Below are positions 24,415 to 35,956 of a stretch of 63,448 nucleotides of DNA, in pieces. Where the stretch lies: contig NC_068981.1 of NCBI RefSeq assembly GCF_001194135.2, positions 58,246,035 through 58,309,482 of the forward strand. Direction: 5' to 3'. The position numbers and the translations under genes are program-made. This DNA is from Octopus bimaculoides (Eukaryota). The first letter of the stretch is position 1. Each line of letters begins with the position of its first letter. Under the pieces are notes generated by a model. The model was not told the DNA's origin, made no database searches, and saw only the letters and a list, made by a program, of their open reading frames with translations.

Positions 24415-24668
24415 ATAATATTGCTATTATGCAAAAGTGTCCTAAGCTCAAAACGTTGCTTTTTCAGGAAACAAAAAAATAGTTTCACCATTCCATAGCA
24501 AAACCGTTGTACTACACTTCGAAAATTTTTGATATCTTGGCATCTGAAGCAGCTGGGGATACAATAGTTTGATCAAAAGAACTGGCTATTGCAAGCGAAA
24601 CTAAGTACTGGAAAAATGCATTTGACCAAATTTGGACATACGACAGTTTAACATAATAGCAACGATAT
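24415..24668. mobile_element. ~250-bp MITE with imperfect TIRs in TA-rich microsatellite
   Basis: TTGCTATTATGCAAAAGTGTC (24421-24441) versus the reverse complement of GACAGTTTAACATAATAGCAA (24642-24662). Confidence 0.7.
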
Positions 24669-25796
24669 GTGTATACATACATACATACATACATACGCAC
24701 AACCTATGAACTATATACTTATCTCCAACAAACAACTGCACTGAATAAAACTATTGGAACCAATAACAACCATCTACAGAGAAAATGTTTTGTAAACCAG
24801 TTCCAAATTGTTAGGAATATCTTTCATAAATTTGAAGAGTATAAATGAATGCAAACTCTTTAAAAATTAAAATATCAACATTCAAAACACAGGTAAGATT
24901 GTCATTTTATATAAGAAAAAAAAAATTTCCCAAAACAAGTAACATCATCATCATTTGTCTAAATTCTAATAACACAAATTAATATTATGAACATCATTTT
25001 CTCACCTCAAGATATCTTAACATCTATTGCTTATACAGCCAATTATTCATCTGTTTCTTTTCAAGAGTCAATTATTGATTTGCTTGTTTTGAAGAGTCAA
25101 TTATTGATTTACTTGTTTCGAAGAGTTGTAATTGCTTGTTATGGAAAAATATTTTAAATTAGCCTCATAACAAGCATATCATATCTGTCTATCTATATGT
25201 CTATACATAAGTGTACAATTATCATCATTTAAATGTCTATTTTTCCCTACTTGGTAGGATCAGGTCAGATTAAAGTAAATGTTGAAGCTGAACAAGAAAA
25301 GTTTGACGAAGTCAAAATTTAGTTGTTTGAATTTTATAGATAAATATAGTGTGATAATAATGAAAAGAAATATTTCTTGGTAGACCAAACATATCCAACA
25401 CATGTTAATGGAGATGCTACAGGTTTCAGGAAATTTCACTGGTGATGATGGTTAACATACAATACATTGATATTGAGACCATTTAGACTTGTTATGGGGC
25501 TAATTCATAGCATCTGACGTTAGAATTACATGTTCAAATTCAGGTACTTCTAACAAAACAGACACATTGTAAAGTCATTGTCTGATTATCTGAGCCAGAC
25601 AAATGTAAACACATATACACACCAAAATAGCTTCAACATTATAGCTTGCATCTGTTGTAGCTGTTGATAGAATGATGGCCTGTTGACCTAAGGGTTAACA
25701 ATTTGTAGCCTACTAGCACTGCTATGGGTTAATCTTAGCTCATTTAGCAGTAAATAGCTGTGATAAGTAAGTATAGCTCATAACTCTTTGCAATAA

Positions 25797-26240
25797 CTAA
25801 TTCTTTAACATTTAATCCTTTAGCATTTAAACTGGCCATATCTGGTCCAAGTGTTCTCATTTTATGCTCAAACCAGCCAAATCCGGGTTTTCACATCTAC
25901 CCTACGATGTCATTCTAAAAATAAACATCATCATCAAAATCTCAAAGCTACAAGATAATGCACAATTAATTTAAAACAATGTGAATGAATAAGTCTTATG
26001 CTGACAGAAAAATCTGAATGCTAAAGGGTTAAACCAGCCATATCCAGCCCAAATATTCTACTTGTCTTATGTTCAAATTGACCAGATCTGGTCTCTCACA
26101 TATACTCTGCAATGTCATTAAAAAAATAAACAATCATATCATCGAATCTCAAAGCTAGGAAATAATGCAAGATTTATTCAAAACAAGGTGAATAAATAAG
26201 CATTACATTTGACAGAGTATTCTGAATGCTAAAGAGTTAA
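25797..26240. mobile_element. piggyBac-type (TTAA) MITE nested in another copy of itself
   Basis: Inner copy TTAA-TCCTTTAGCAT...CTGAATGCTAAAGGG-TTAA (25812-26032). Outer copy left end TTCTTTAACAT 25801-25811 and right part 26033-26236 ending CTGAATGCTAAAGAG-TTAA. Confidence 0.75.
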
Positions 26241-27589
26241 ATCGCAGATGTTCTGATTAAGACAATGATTTTGGATCCAAATTTTTATCTTCACTTCTGA
26301 AACCATATAATAGCTTTGCTAAGAGATTGAGGAAAATTGGTCTAATATTAAGCCATCAATGGTAAAATGATAAACACACTTAATCTTTGTTATAAATCAT
26401 TCAAGAAGCCAAGTTATAAAGACAATTAATTGAATAAGAGAAAAAGTAATATTTATAAAATAAAGATTGAAGATGTCTAGTTATCTAATATTTAAAAGAG
26501 AAACAGATCACAGACACCAAAGAAATGTAAGTGCAATATTACAGAAGTTAGCTTGTGGAAAGATGGTTTATTGAAAGCCAATATAGTATGTTACAGAAAA
26601 AAGTGTTTTGCAAAATGAAAGGATTGAAGCATTGCAATAATATATTACAAGAGAAAGTTATTTTAATGATAATTACATTAATATAATTAATAGTAGTTGA
26701 TAGAATGTGCTACATCTGGGTAATCATATTGTGCAATCATTTCTTTAATAAGCATACCAAACAATTAAATCCAGCTAAATACCAATAATTGCCCAATGAG
26801 TCAAAGAAATAATGCATTAATTCATATATCTGAATATCTTGGTTGATAGACTGTAAAGTTCAAAAGTCACTTAATTATACAAACTGTTGTAGAATGGCCC
26901 CACAGCAATATCTCGTAAATGAATTATATATATATATATATATATATATAATGCAAAAGTAAATGGCATATCCATTTGATAAATTGATGACCATACATTC
27001 TACAAAGGTTTTTTTTTATTTTGTGTGTATCAATAGTGGTGAAAATCAATATCACTTGCTAAAAGTGTGTTGAAGAGAGAATAAACAGAACTTCCAATTA
27101 CACTAAAATGCAAAGAAATAAAAGTGAAGTTCGAAATATATAAACAGACAATGCCAGAAATGGTCAAAATTCAATCTACATACCTTGATAACTAGAGAAA
27201 AAGAGAGAAAGAAAGAGAGAGAAAGAGACTGTACTCATAAAAAGAGAAGAAAAGAAAACTCTTACTTTAACCAACTTACCTCTGTTTATGCTATAATTAC
27301 TTTATCAAAAAATAACCTTTGAAATTCATTAAGGGTGAAAGAGATGTAAAAAAAATTTTCCAGATTCAATCTATGTGTTGTTTACTTCTATTTTAGTTGA
27401 AAAAAAAATAAATAAAACCACCTTGTCATACATTAAAAGTTCATCTTTAGACATGAAATATGTATATATAGCTCTAATGCTGGAAGGACACAATAGTTGC
27501 TCTAAAAAGAAGCAATTACAGAAGTTTCAAACTGATGGATCAACTTACAAAAATATAAGAGAAAAACTTTTAGCATAACTGATTAGAAA

Positions 27590-28860
27590 GAAAATTAGAT
27601 GAGATGCAGTTTGGATTTGTGCTAAGCCAGAGTACCACTAATGCTCTTTTCCTAATGAGACAACTATAAGAGACGTTCTTAGCTATGAGTTAAGTCAGTA
27701 TATCTAACATTCATTGACCTGTTGACAGGCTACCACACTCTGTAGTCTGGAGGCTACTGAGAAAATTAGGTATAGTTGATTAACTTGTGAGTGCAATGAA
27801 AGCCATGTACAGATATTGTGTCAACAAGGTGGGAGGGAGTAATGAGTTCAGCAAGGAATTTAGCATCAGGACTGAGTTCCTTCCAGTTTATAGTTCTCCA
27901 AGTCATAAAAGATAAGTTTACTCTTACATGTTGGTAACCTAGTACTCAGCTATATCTGTAGAATATTTAGAGAAAAAAGAATTCAAAATATGGAAACAAA
28001 GCCTAAAATCAAATGACTTCAAAATGTATCAAACAAGGACAAAAGTTTTAGTGAGCCAGTAGGAAAAACGGACAGACATCTACTGCCATCCAGGGAGTGG
28101 CCATGATTGGTATCCAGAAAAGGAGTTGGTAGGAATTTCATATGGTGTACTTAGTGTAAATTATAAGTAGGTGTACAATAGGTGTAGTGGGATTCAAGGC
28201 AGGCTGACTGAGAGAAGATTTTGTATGTTACAGATACAGAAGAGTAATTAGCAGTAAGGACAGCTGTGAAATAAAATTCAAATGTTCAAATGTTTCATAG
28301 AAGTACTTTTTTTTGTTTTTTTGCTTAAATGACTTAATTAGTAGTGGAGGTAGTTGTGCTTAAATCTGAGCAGCTAGAGTCAGAACAAGCTGGAAAAGCT
28401 CAAGGATCTACACCACTGCTGAAAAGGAAAAGTGGGTTGTGTAATGCTTGCATATGAAGTATGATGTTGCATGGTAGGAAAACATGGATATTGTATGTGA
28501 AAGATGAGTGAAATATACAAAGCCAGAGTGAAGTGATACATATATGATCAGCTGGATATGTAATGTTAACATACATGAATGACAAATCACAAATGAGTTG
28601 ATAGAAAAACTGGGTATAAGAAAAAATGTAATATAGGGCACAAGAAAGAAAACTATGCTGGTACAGACTATGATGCATGTGAAAGGTAACAGTTGAGTAA
28701 ATAATTATGAAGAGATCCATGTGGAAGGAATCTGCAGAAGAGAAGACCAAGGCCTGGACAAAAGTTGTGAAAGCTCTACCTCAGAAAAGTGACAAGTAAC
28801 TGTGATATATGGAGAGTCACCGTGCTGGAGAAACTCCACCCAACTTATGCAAACTTAGAA
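27590..28860 (+). mobile_element. Old RTE copy (main family), decayed, intronic in the pseudogene
   Basis: DEMQFGF, TNALF, LRKLGI, KQSLKSN, RKLCWYR remnants collinear with 61160-62385. Confidence 0.75.
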
Positions 28861-31586
28861 ATACAGGTATAAAAATTATGATTATGAAGACACTGTTTTA
28901 TAATTGTTTCATATACACAAGATAACTGGATAAAAGCATTATGTTTATAAACGAAGGTTTCTCATCCAAATCCAATATTGGAGAATGTGCACATCCAGGT
29001 AAAAGATTATCAGTTTCATATATTTTTTGACACCAAGGTAATTTAAAATATCAAATATATGAATTTAAGAATAAAAATAGAAGTTATTTGTAAGATCAAA
29101 ATAAATGAAAACAACAGTTATGATCTCTAAGTGTCAGGGAGTCCTTTAAAATAAAGTAAAATATCGACCCAGTTGGTGCTTGAACATTAAAAATATAGTA
29201 TAAATGTAGAAAATATCATAAAACATTTTATCTTTAAAAATGAGGTTAATAGTCTGAAAAATGTTTAATCATAGCTTATTTCAGTCATTTTATTAAATAT
29301 ACAATTAATAATTTCAACAAATTACTTGGTGTTAACATAACATATTAGCTCCAAGTCTATGTATAGCATCCATTAATTACTTCAAAGCTGCTCAATTTTA
29401 AAAAAAAACCTTACATATGAATTTATTAATTGAAATTTTTATCATCATCATTTTAACATTCACTTTTCTATGCTCACATGGGTTAGACAGAATTTGCCTA
29501 AGCAGATTTTCTATGGGTGGAAATATCATCTTTGAAATATCGACTGTAGTCAAAATTTTGAAGCCTGTGTAGCCAGTAGATCTGGGAAGAAGGAGAAAAT
29601 ATGAAGTTGTTTGTTCATGCCTTTCCCAAGATTTTAACAGAGCTATTAAGCTATTCTGGTGATAGCAACAGAATTTTGCAGTGAAGCAAAATTATACAAA
29701 AGAAAAAAATCTCTTCAATACTTCAAATTTGAAAAAAATGATAGTCCAAAACTAAATTTGATGCATGGAAGAGCCTCAATATTAATTTTAATGCTTTTAG
29801 ATTACTTTTAAACATTTACATTAACAATTTGAGGTTCTTTTGTTTGTTTGGGTTTTTTGTTTTGTACATATGAATACCCTGTTCCTAATCCTTTGGGAAA
29901 AATCTAATACAAATAAATTAAGCTTAATTTAGTCAAGTACTATTTGTTCATAGATTCTTTGATACCCAGATAATTAAATCCATCAAGAGTTATTCTACAA
30001 GTCATTTAAAAATAGAAATTAAAAAGATAATTTTTTTTTAAATGACAAGTTTAAACAATAAAAATTACAGTCTCCAAGTGTTATGCAGTTGATGTTTGAA
30101 CCATGTAGCTTTTAACAAGACTACTGAATGTTCTCCATCATACAGTCCATGATTATAACAACCATAGTTTCCATACAGCAAAGATGATTGTGGATAGTGT
30201 TTTAGAATGTTGTTGGCTACATAAGCTTCAAAGAACAATTTCAACCCATCATCACAAACTAATAAAGCACTTACTATTCCTGCTGTGCTCCTGCTCCTTA
30301 CACTGATAAACTGCGCCTATCTATTGTACCTATTCACAAGACATTAAACCAACAAGTAATATGTCTTGGAAATGGATACAATGAAGTTCTGATAATTAGA
30401 TATTGACCAATGACATAGCAAATATTCTCAGTAATTTTGTATTCTTTCCTACTTACACCCAGAAGCAACTTCCTCTCTTTCCCTCTTGCTGCACATGTGG
30501 AATTGACTCAGGCCAACACATAATCTACTTGGTTTGCAGTGACTTCTATAAAAACTTTGTTAGAGAAACAATTATCCCAAAATTATTTATATATAAAATA
30601 TATCTAGGCTAGTGAGTATTCTATGGAACAGAAAATAATTCTATCTTATTTTGAAGAAAGTTATATAAAAGAACATCATTTAGACCTTAAATTGTCTTTC
30701 AGATCTCACTACCACTACATCAATTAGGAAGAGGCTTCAGGAGTTTTATTTTAGGATAAGATAGAATCAATACTCGATGTAGAGTTTAATATGCACATTC
30801 ATGCTTTAAAATGGACAATAGTAAAGAAGCTTTAGTTGATTAAACCAACACTAATACTTATAAGATTTGCCAGACTTGAACTCAGAATGTTATAGAATAA
30901 CATACAGTATTGACCTCTGTCAAAAGCATGGCCTACAACATTTTTTTTTTTTTTTTTTTTTTTGGTGAAGGTGGCAGTAGAAGAATATACTTGATTACAT
31001 TACATCACATCAGTTCTTGGCTTAATGACAAAAGGCTAAATTGACACTGGGAGAATGTGAACACAGAAACAATGTAAATTAAATTCCACAATACATTTTG
31101 TTCAGCATTCTCATAATTCAGCCAATCCATCACTGCAAAGTATTTAGTTTGGTGCAGTTCAACACATGTCATCACTTTTACATCTGCATTTCTATGCTGG
31201 CTTGGGTTGGAGAGGACTGGAGGTGGGGCAGTGGTTTTATGGCTAGATGCCTCTCTTGACACCATCCCTTTTAAATAAGACTCAATTGTATAAACTATAT
31301 AGATAACAAACTATTAAAATATTATGCATTACCAGACAAAAGTGTTGTGGGGAGACATGCCAAGACACACACACACGACAGGGCTGGCCTACGATTATAG
31401 TAGAAGACACTCATTAAGGTACTGTAGAAGGCACTTGCTCAAGATACCTAGCAGTGCAACTGAAATTAGTTGTAAAGCCACACAGCCATACCTATATTGT
31501 GTATACATACACCCAGTATTATTTAGTTTCATTGGCGTTTTTTAAGAAATAATCCAAGTACCATCACACCACATGGTACTACATAC

Positions 31587-33020
31587 CTTATTCATAAATT
31601 TATTACAATATTGTATCACAGTTTTCCTTGTTACTGGTAACATTCTTGAAGGAGGTTATCACTGGTGAAACCCACAGCTTACCACTTCATAAATCAATAC
31701 CCTTTACATTCTCTGAATTGTTCCACCCATTTTAACTCATCTGATTCTTATTAAACACAAAAATACAGCAGGTCAATATTGATCGAACTAAGATTTGAAT
31801 CACAAAACTGAGAATATGAACTTATCAGAATGAATTAATTCTGACACACTTTACTTGGCATGATTGTTGCTCACTATACATTGCAAGTATGGTTGAAGTT
31901 AAGGCAGGGAGAGTAAAGTATTTTTATTTTTTCTTGAAGTGGATGTTATAGTTAACATCTTCAAACATATTTCTAGCTCAAACTTCTAGAATTTAACAAA
32001 ATGTTTAACTAAAAATATTTATTTTAAATACTAAAATATGTTTGAATGTATCAAGTACAACTTTCTCAAATTACATTTTGTTGTTAATATACTTGTATTT
32101 GTCTCTTAATTGCTGGAATTTAACATACTCCTCTTTTGATGAGAGAAAGAGAAATATTTCATAAATTATATCAAAAATTCAAACAGAATTATTAATAAAT
32201 AATGTATATTGGTGAAGGATACCAGAAACTATGCGAAACATTGGACAGTATGTTAGAATTCTTCTAGGGAAAAGTTTGGAAAAGTTTCTTTGCATTTTAT
32301 GGTGTTTCATTGATTTCACTCACAGATACACACTATCTTATTCATAAATTCATTACAATATTGTATCACAGTCAGTTTTCCTTGTTGCTGGTAACATTCT
32401 TGAAGGAGGACAAAAAAGAAAGAGCAACAATTATCAGTTTACCATGAAATAAATTAATAGAAAATAGGCAGAGGAAACTATTTAAGAGAGAAGAGACATT
32501 CTGTATGGCTGTGTGGGCCAGTTAGTATGGGTCTGCAAATTTGAGTGAGGATTCACCTCTTGGAGTGGGAAGAATGTTTGATACCGAATTTTATAAAACA
32601 TTGATTTGTATGCATGTGTGTGTGTTATTTATAAATACATCATATATACTACCTAACTCAAAGGTTATACGTATTTAGCACTGGTTACTAAATGAGTTTG
32701 AAATAGGGCCTATATTTCACTTCTGATCTATTACTAGCCTAGTGATGAGATAACAGCTTATGGATATAAATAAGAGTAATATTGACAAACTTTATTCCAT
32801 TTTCATTTTCCAACTGATTCTCCATAAATAGATACACAAACATACTGCTGTGTGTGTGTGTGTGTGTGTGTGTGTATCTTAGGTTTTAAGAGAAGCTTCA
32901 AAGCTACAGTTAGAAGCCTGAAGTATAGAGTTTGGCTCTTTATCTTATTCATAAATTCATTACAATATTGTATCACAGTCAGTTTTCCTTGTTGCCGGTA
33001 ACATTCTTGAAGGAGGACAA
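31587..33020. repeat. Three dispersed copies of a 69-73 bp exon-end segment
   Basis: CTTATTCATAAATT(T/C)ATTACAATATTGTATCACAG(TCAG)TTTTCCTTGTT..GGTAACATTCTTGAAGGAGG at 31587-31655, 32337-32409 and 32944-33016. Confidence 0.95.
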
Positions 33021-35826
33021 CTTGTCTTCTGGGATCAATAAAACTAAAGTTCTACAGTCGATTTAAGAGTTTTACAAAGCAAATCAAAATAGAAGACAAA
33101 ACGTTTGATGTAACTGGTTTATTTATGGATTCCTTATATTGGTTCAAGGCCACTTATTTTTGGAGAAGGAAAAACAGAATTTGTAATGCTCACGTATTTC
33201 TGGATAATATTAATGATGAAAGTAAAATCGCACTAACCGAGAATCGATGTGAGTGCGTTTGTATATGATAAAACAAATATAAAGTAGACTTTCTTAATAA
33301 CAGGAGCGAATAAAGTAGGAGAATGTTGGGGTATAAGCAATATCTATGAGCAAACATTAAAGTAATTGCTATAATAACAGATTTGAGAAAGAGAGAGAGA
33401 AAAAAGACCGGTCTGCAAATGACAGTAAGAACTCAGAAAATGGAAAACGTGAGAAAAGTTATTGAGAATTAAAAGAAGTTCTTAAGTTATTGAAGGTTTT
33501 AATACAAATGTACGTAAATGCATTCCTGTTCTAAAATAAAAAAATAAATTGTTGAGTATTTCATTTCTGTCCCTTCTCCAAGTTGAAAGAGTTCAATATA
33601 TCTTGTTTAATCAGCAACAATGTATTCTTTTTTTTTTTTTTTTTCAATGGTTCGTTGCTGGGATTTCCATACCCAGAAAAATCATTTTTGGCTAATTAAC
33701 AGGTGTCACGTTCAGTTGACTCTATAGAAAGAAGAATAGCTACAAGAGAGAATTGAAACCGGGTCATAGACTCAGCTCGCTTGATAATTGGCTTCAACTC
33801 CATGACGTTCGACGAGCATGGATACAGTTTGTTAAAATTTGTGGCAAAATAACATCAAATGTTGCCAGATTGGTTACGAAAAATATTTGGATCCATAAAG
33901 ATTTTATATTATATCAATTAACAATGCACTTATGTTGCTAGTTACAGCATTCTGTAATGATAGAAATTTTTGAAATAATATACAGAATTCCGTAAACTAC
34001 TTGAAATAATCTAGACTTCACACATTGCTAGATAGAGCTCCCAGGCAAAAACTAATATACTAATACCCACTGGCTATTTGTTTTCTTGTTTATTTATGAT
34101 AGAAGTTATGACACACTTTAGTTGTTACCTTTAAAAGCAGTAACTGAATTTTTTAAAAAACTGAAAGGTAGAAAAAGATTAGAATAACACTTCAAAATTA
34201 TTCATTTCAATGTTAAAATTTAAGCAACGATGTTATTTAAAATTGTGCCAGAGCTGTATAAAACTTAGTTTCCTTTGAAGGGGTGTTCTCCGTAATTTTG
34301 GTTTCAAAAGGAAATGGAGAGGAAATTCTATTTTAAGTAGCAGAAATTTTATACATAAACTTTCATTGAAATTAAAATTCTTCGAAAAGGAATGATTGAA
34401 AAAGTGTTGTTAATGAACAGGTCATAAAAAGAAGAAAAAAATCCTTGCTTTTCTCAAAATATAATTTTTACGTTGACATCCTTTCCGTGTCTATGGTAAA
34501 ACACCCGGTTCTGGCGAAAGAAAGATAAAAGTCACACCCGTATGTAACATGAGAAATACGTTAGTAAAAGCTCACCCTTAGCTTTCATGTTGAAGGGCAC
34601 TTAGTAGAGTGATGTAAGTGTTTCCAAGTCTATAAGAAGGATTATACGTAAGAATCAGTAGGGGTGATAAAATAGTCAAATAAATATATTATTGACATTA
34701 TGGAATTCTGCTATTATTGATGAAAGGAAAGAAGAAGGATTCAACTAAGAATTAAATAATAAAACTGTTACTTACAATAAGTAGAAGCTACCAATTCCTT
34801 CATTTCAGTAGAACACAGTTTACTGCCTCGCTTCCCCATACTGCAAATGAATGGAAGCTTATCAAATTGTATGAGTTTTCTTATTTTTACCTTTTTTTCC
34901 GTTTGAAAAATATCTATATATGATGTAGCTTATGTATTTTTCCCGGTGAGTTGTGTTCTGTTCCTCTTTTCTTTGCACTTGGCTGAAGAACTACTGGCGC
35001 TAAACAGAAGATTTATGAAAACAGGTATAAATATAAATATATACATATATATATATATACTTATCTATGTGTTCACGTGTTTCTATATACGTGTGTGCGT
35101 AACTAATCAAATCTGTTTTGGCTCTCGCGAAGCAGTATAATATCGTGGAATATCAATTAGTGTCACATCAGAATGTTTTCTCTTTGAAATACCTTAGCCA
35201 CCTGTATGTTTCCAGTTTTATTTACAATTGTTAAAGATCCGACATTAAAGAAATAACACCGAAAATCAGCTGGCTGTAATGTAATCCCTTGTTGAAACAA
35301 CGTCACTTTTTAAAGAACAACAAAGCAGAGAGCAAGGAGTAAGGAAAAGAGAGAAAGTATAAAAGAGGAGGGAAGGAATAAAAGCAATTCCGAGTCGTGT
35401 GAGAAAAGGATTGTTTTCTGCAGCGAGATAGCAACTGAAACTGTATTCAAGTCTAATAAGAGTGACAGTATAGGAAAGATGCATTAAGTGTAACTTAACT
35501 GCTAAAACTCCACGACGCTGCCTACATTATGTCGTTGGAACACAAACACACAGTTCGCCTCACTGTCACAAATCTAGTTCCATGTGTGTGCATGTGCCTA
35601 GTTTCCAAGCGTATATACAAGCGGTTGCGTATTTGTGTACGCACGCACGCACACATATGCATCGCCTCGCGTGTATGCATGGTTCGCTTACACTTAGAAA
35701 TATGAGTGCATAGTTGCCTATATACATACAAGTGAGCGCACAATTATATGCGTGTGTGTGTGTGTGTACATATAAATAAAACACATATGTATATAAATAT
35801 GTGTGGTGGGGAACAAACACACACAC

Positions 35827-35872
<46 letters not shown>

Positions 35873-35956
35873 NNNNNNNNNNNNNNNNNNNNNNNNNNTA
35901 TGTTTATATATATATATATATATGTTTATTTATTTATTTATTTATTTATTTATATA

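Larger units (their letters stand above)
24720..33060 (-). pseudogene. KIAA0825: KIAA0825-like pseudogene, upstream tandem copy (multi-exon, decayed)
   Basis: Collinear matches: LVLLIPE~LLFLYPE (~33025-33050), KWVEQFRE~GWRSAFKE (~31710-31735), LWNLIYIVS..F~LKNLHTYLS..F (~31040-31090), LQ-x6-W..EGKRGS~LQ-x6-W..EGERCS (30457-30545), LVNRYNR~LASRYAR (~30320-30345), IYWL~LYWV (29581), LYNVSV~LYNIPV (25558-25575), KYFF (25363-25377), NWLYKQ~NWIERQ (25027-25044). GT donors at 31586, 29414, 27279 and ~25004. Many stops and frameshifts. Confidence 0.65.

Noticed and set aside
24512-24700. 62-aa ORF as a pseudogene exon
   Set aside because: Lies inside the MITE and microsatellite.
20200-33060. Idea that coleoid A-to-I editing rescues the premature stops (TGA/TAG to Trp) in the KIAA0825-like copies
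   Set aside because: Only a few stops fall at plausible Trp positions. Frameshifts, a 29-bp duplication and TE insertions in exons cannot be repaired by editing.
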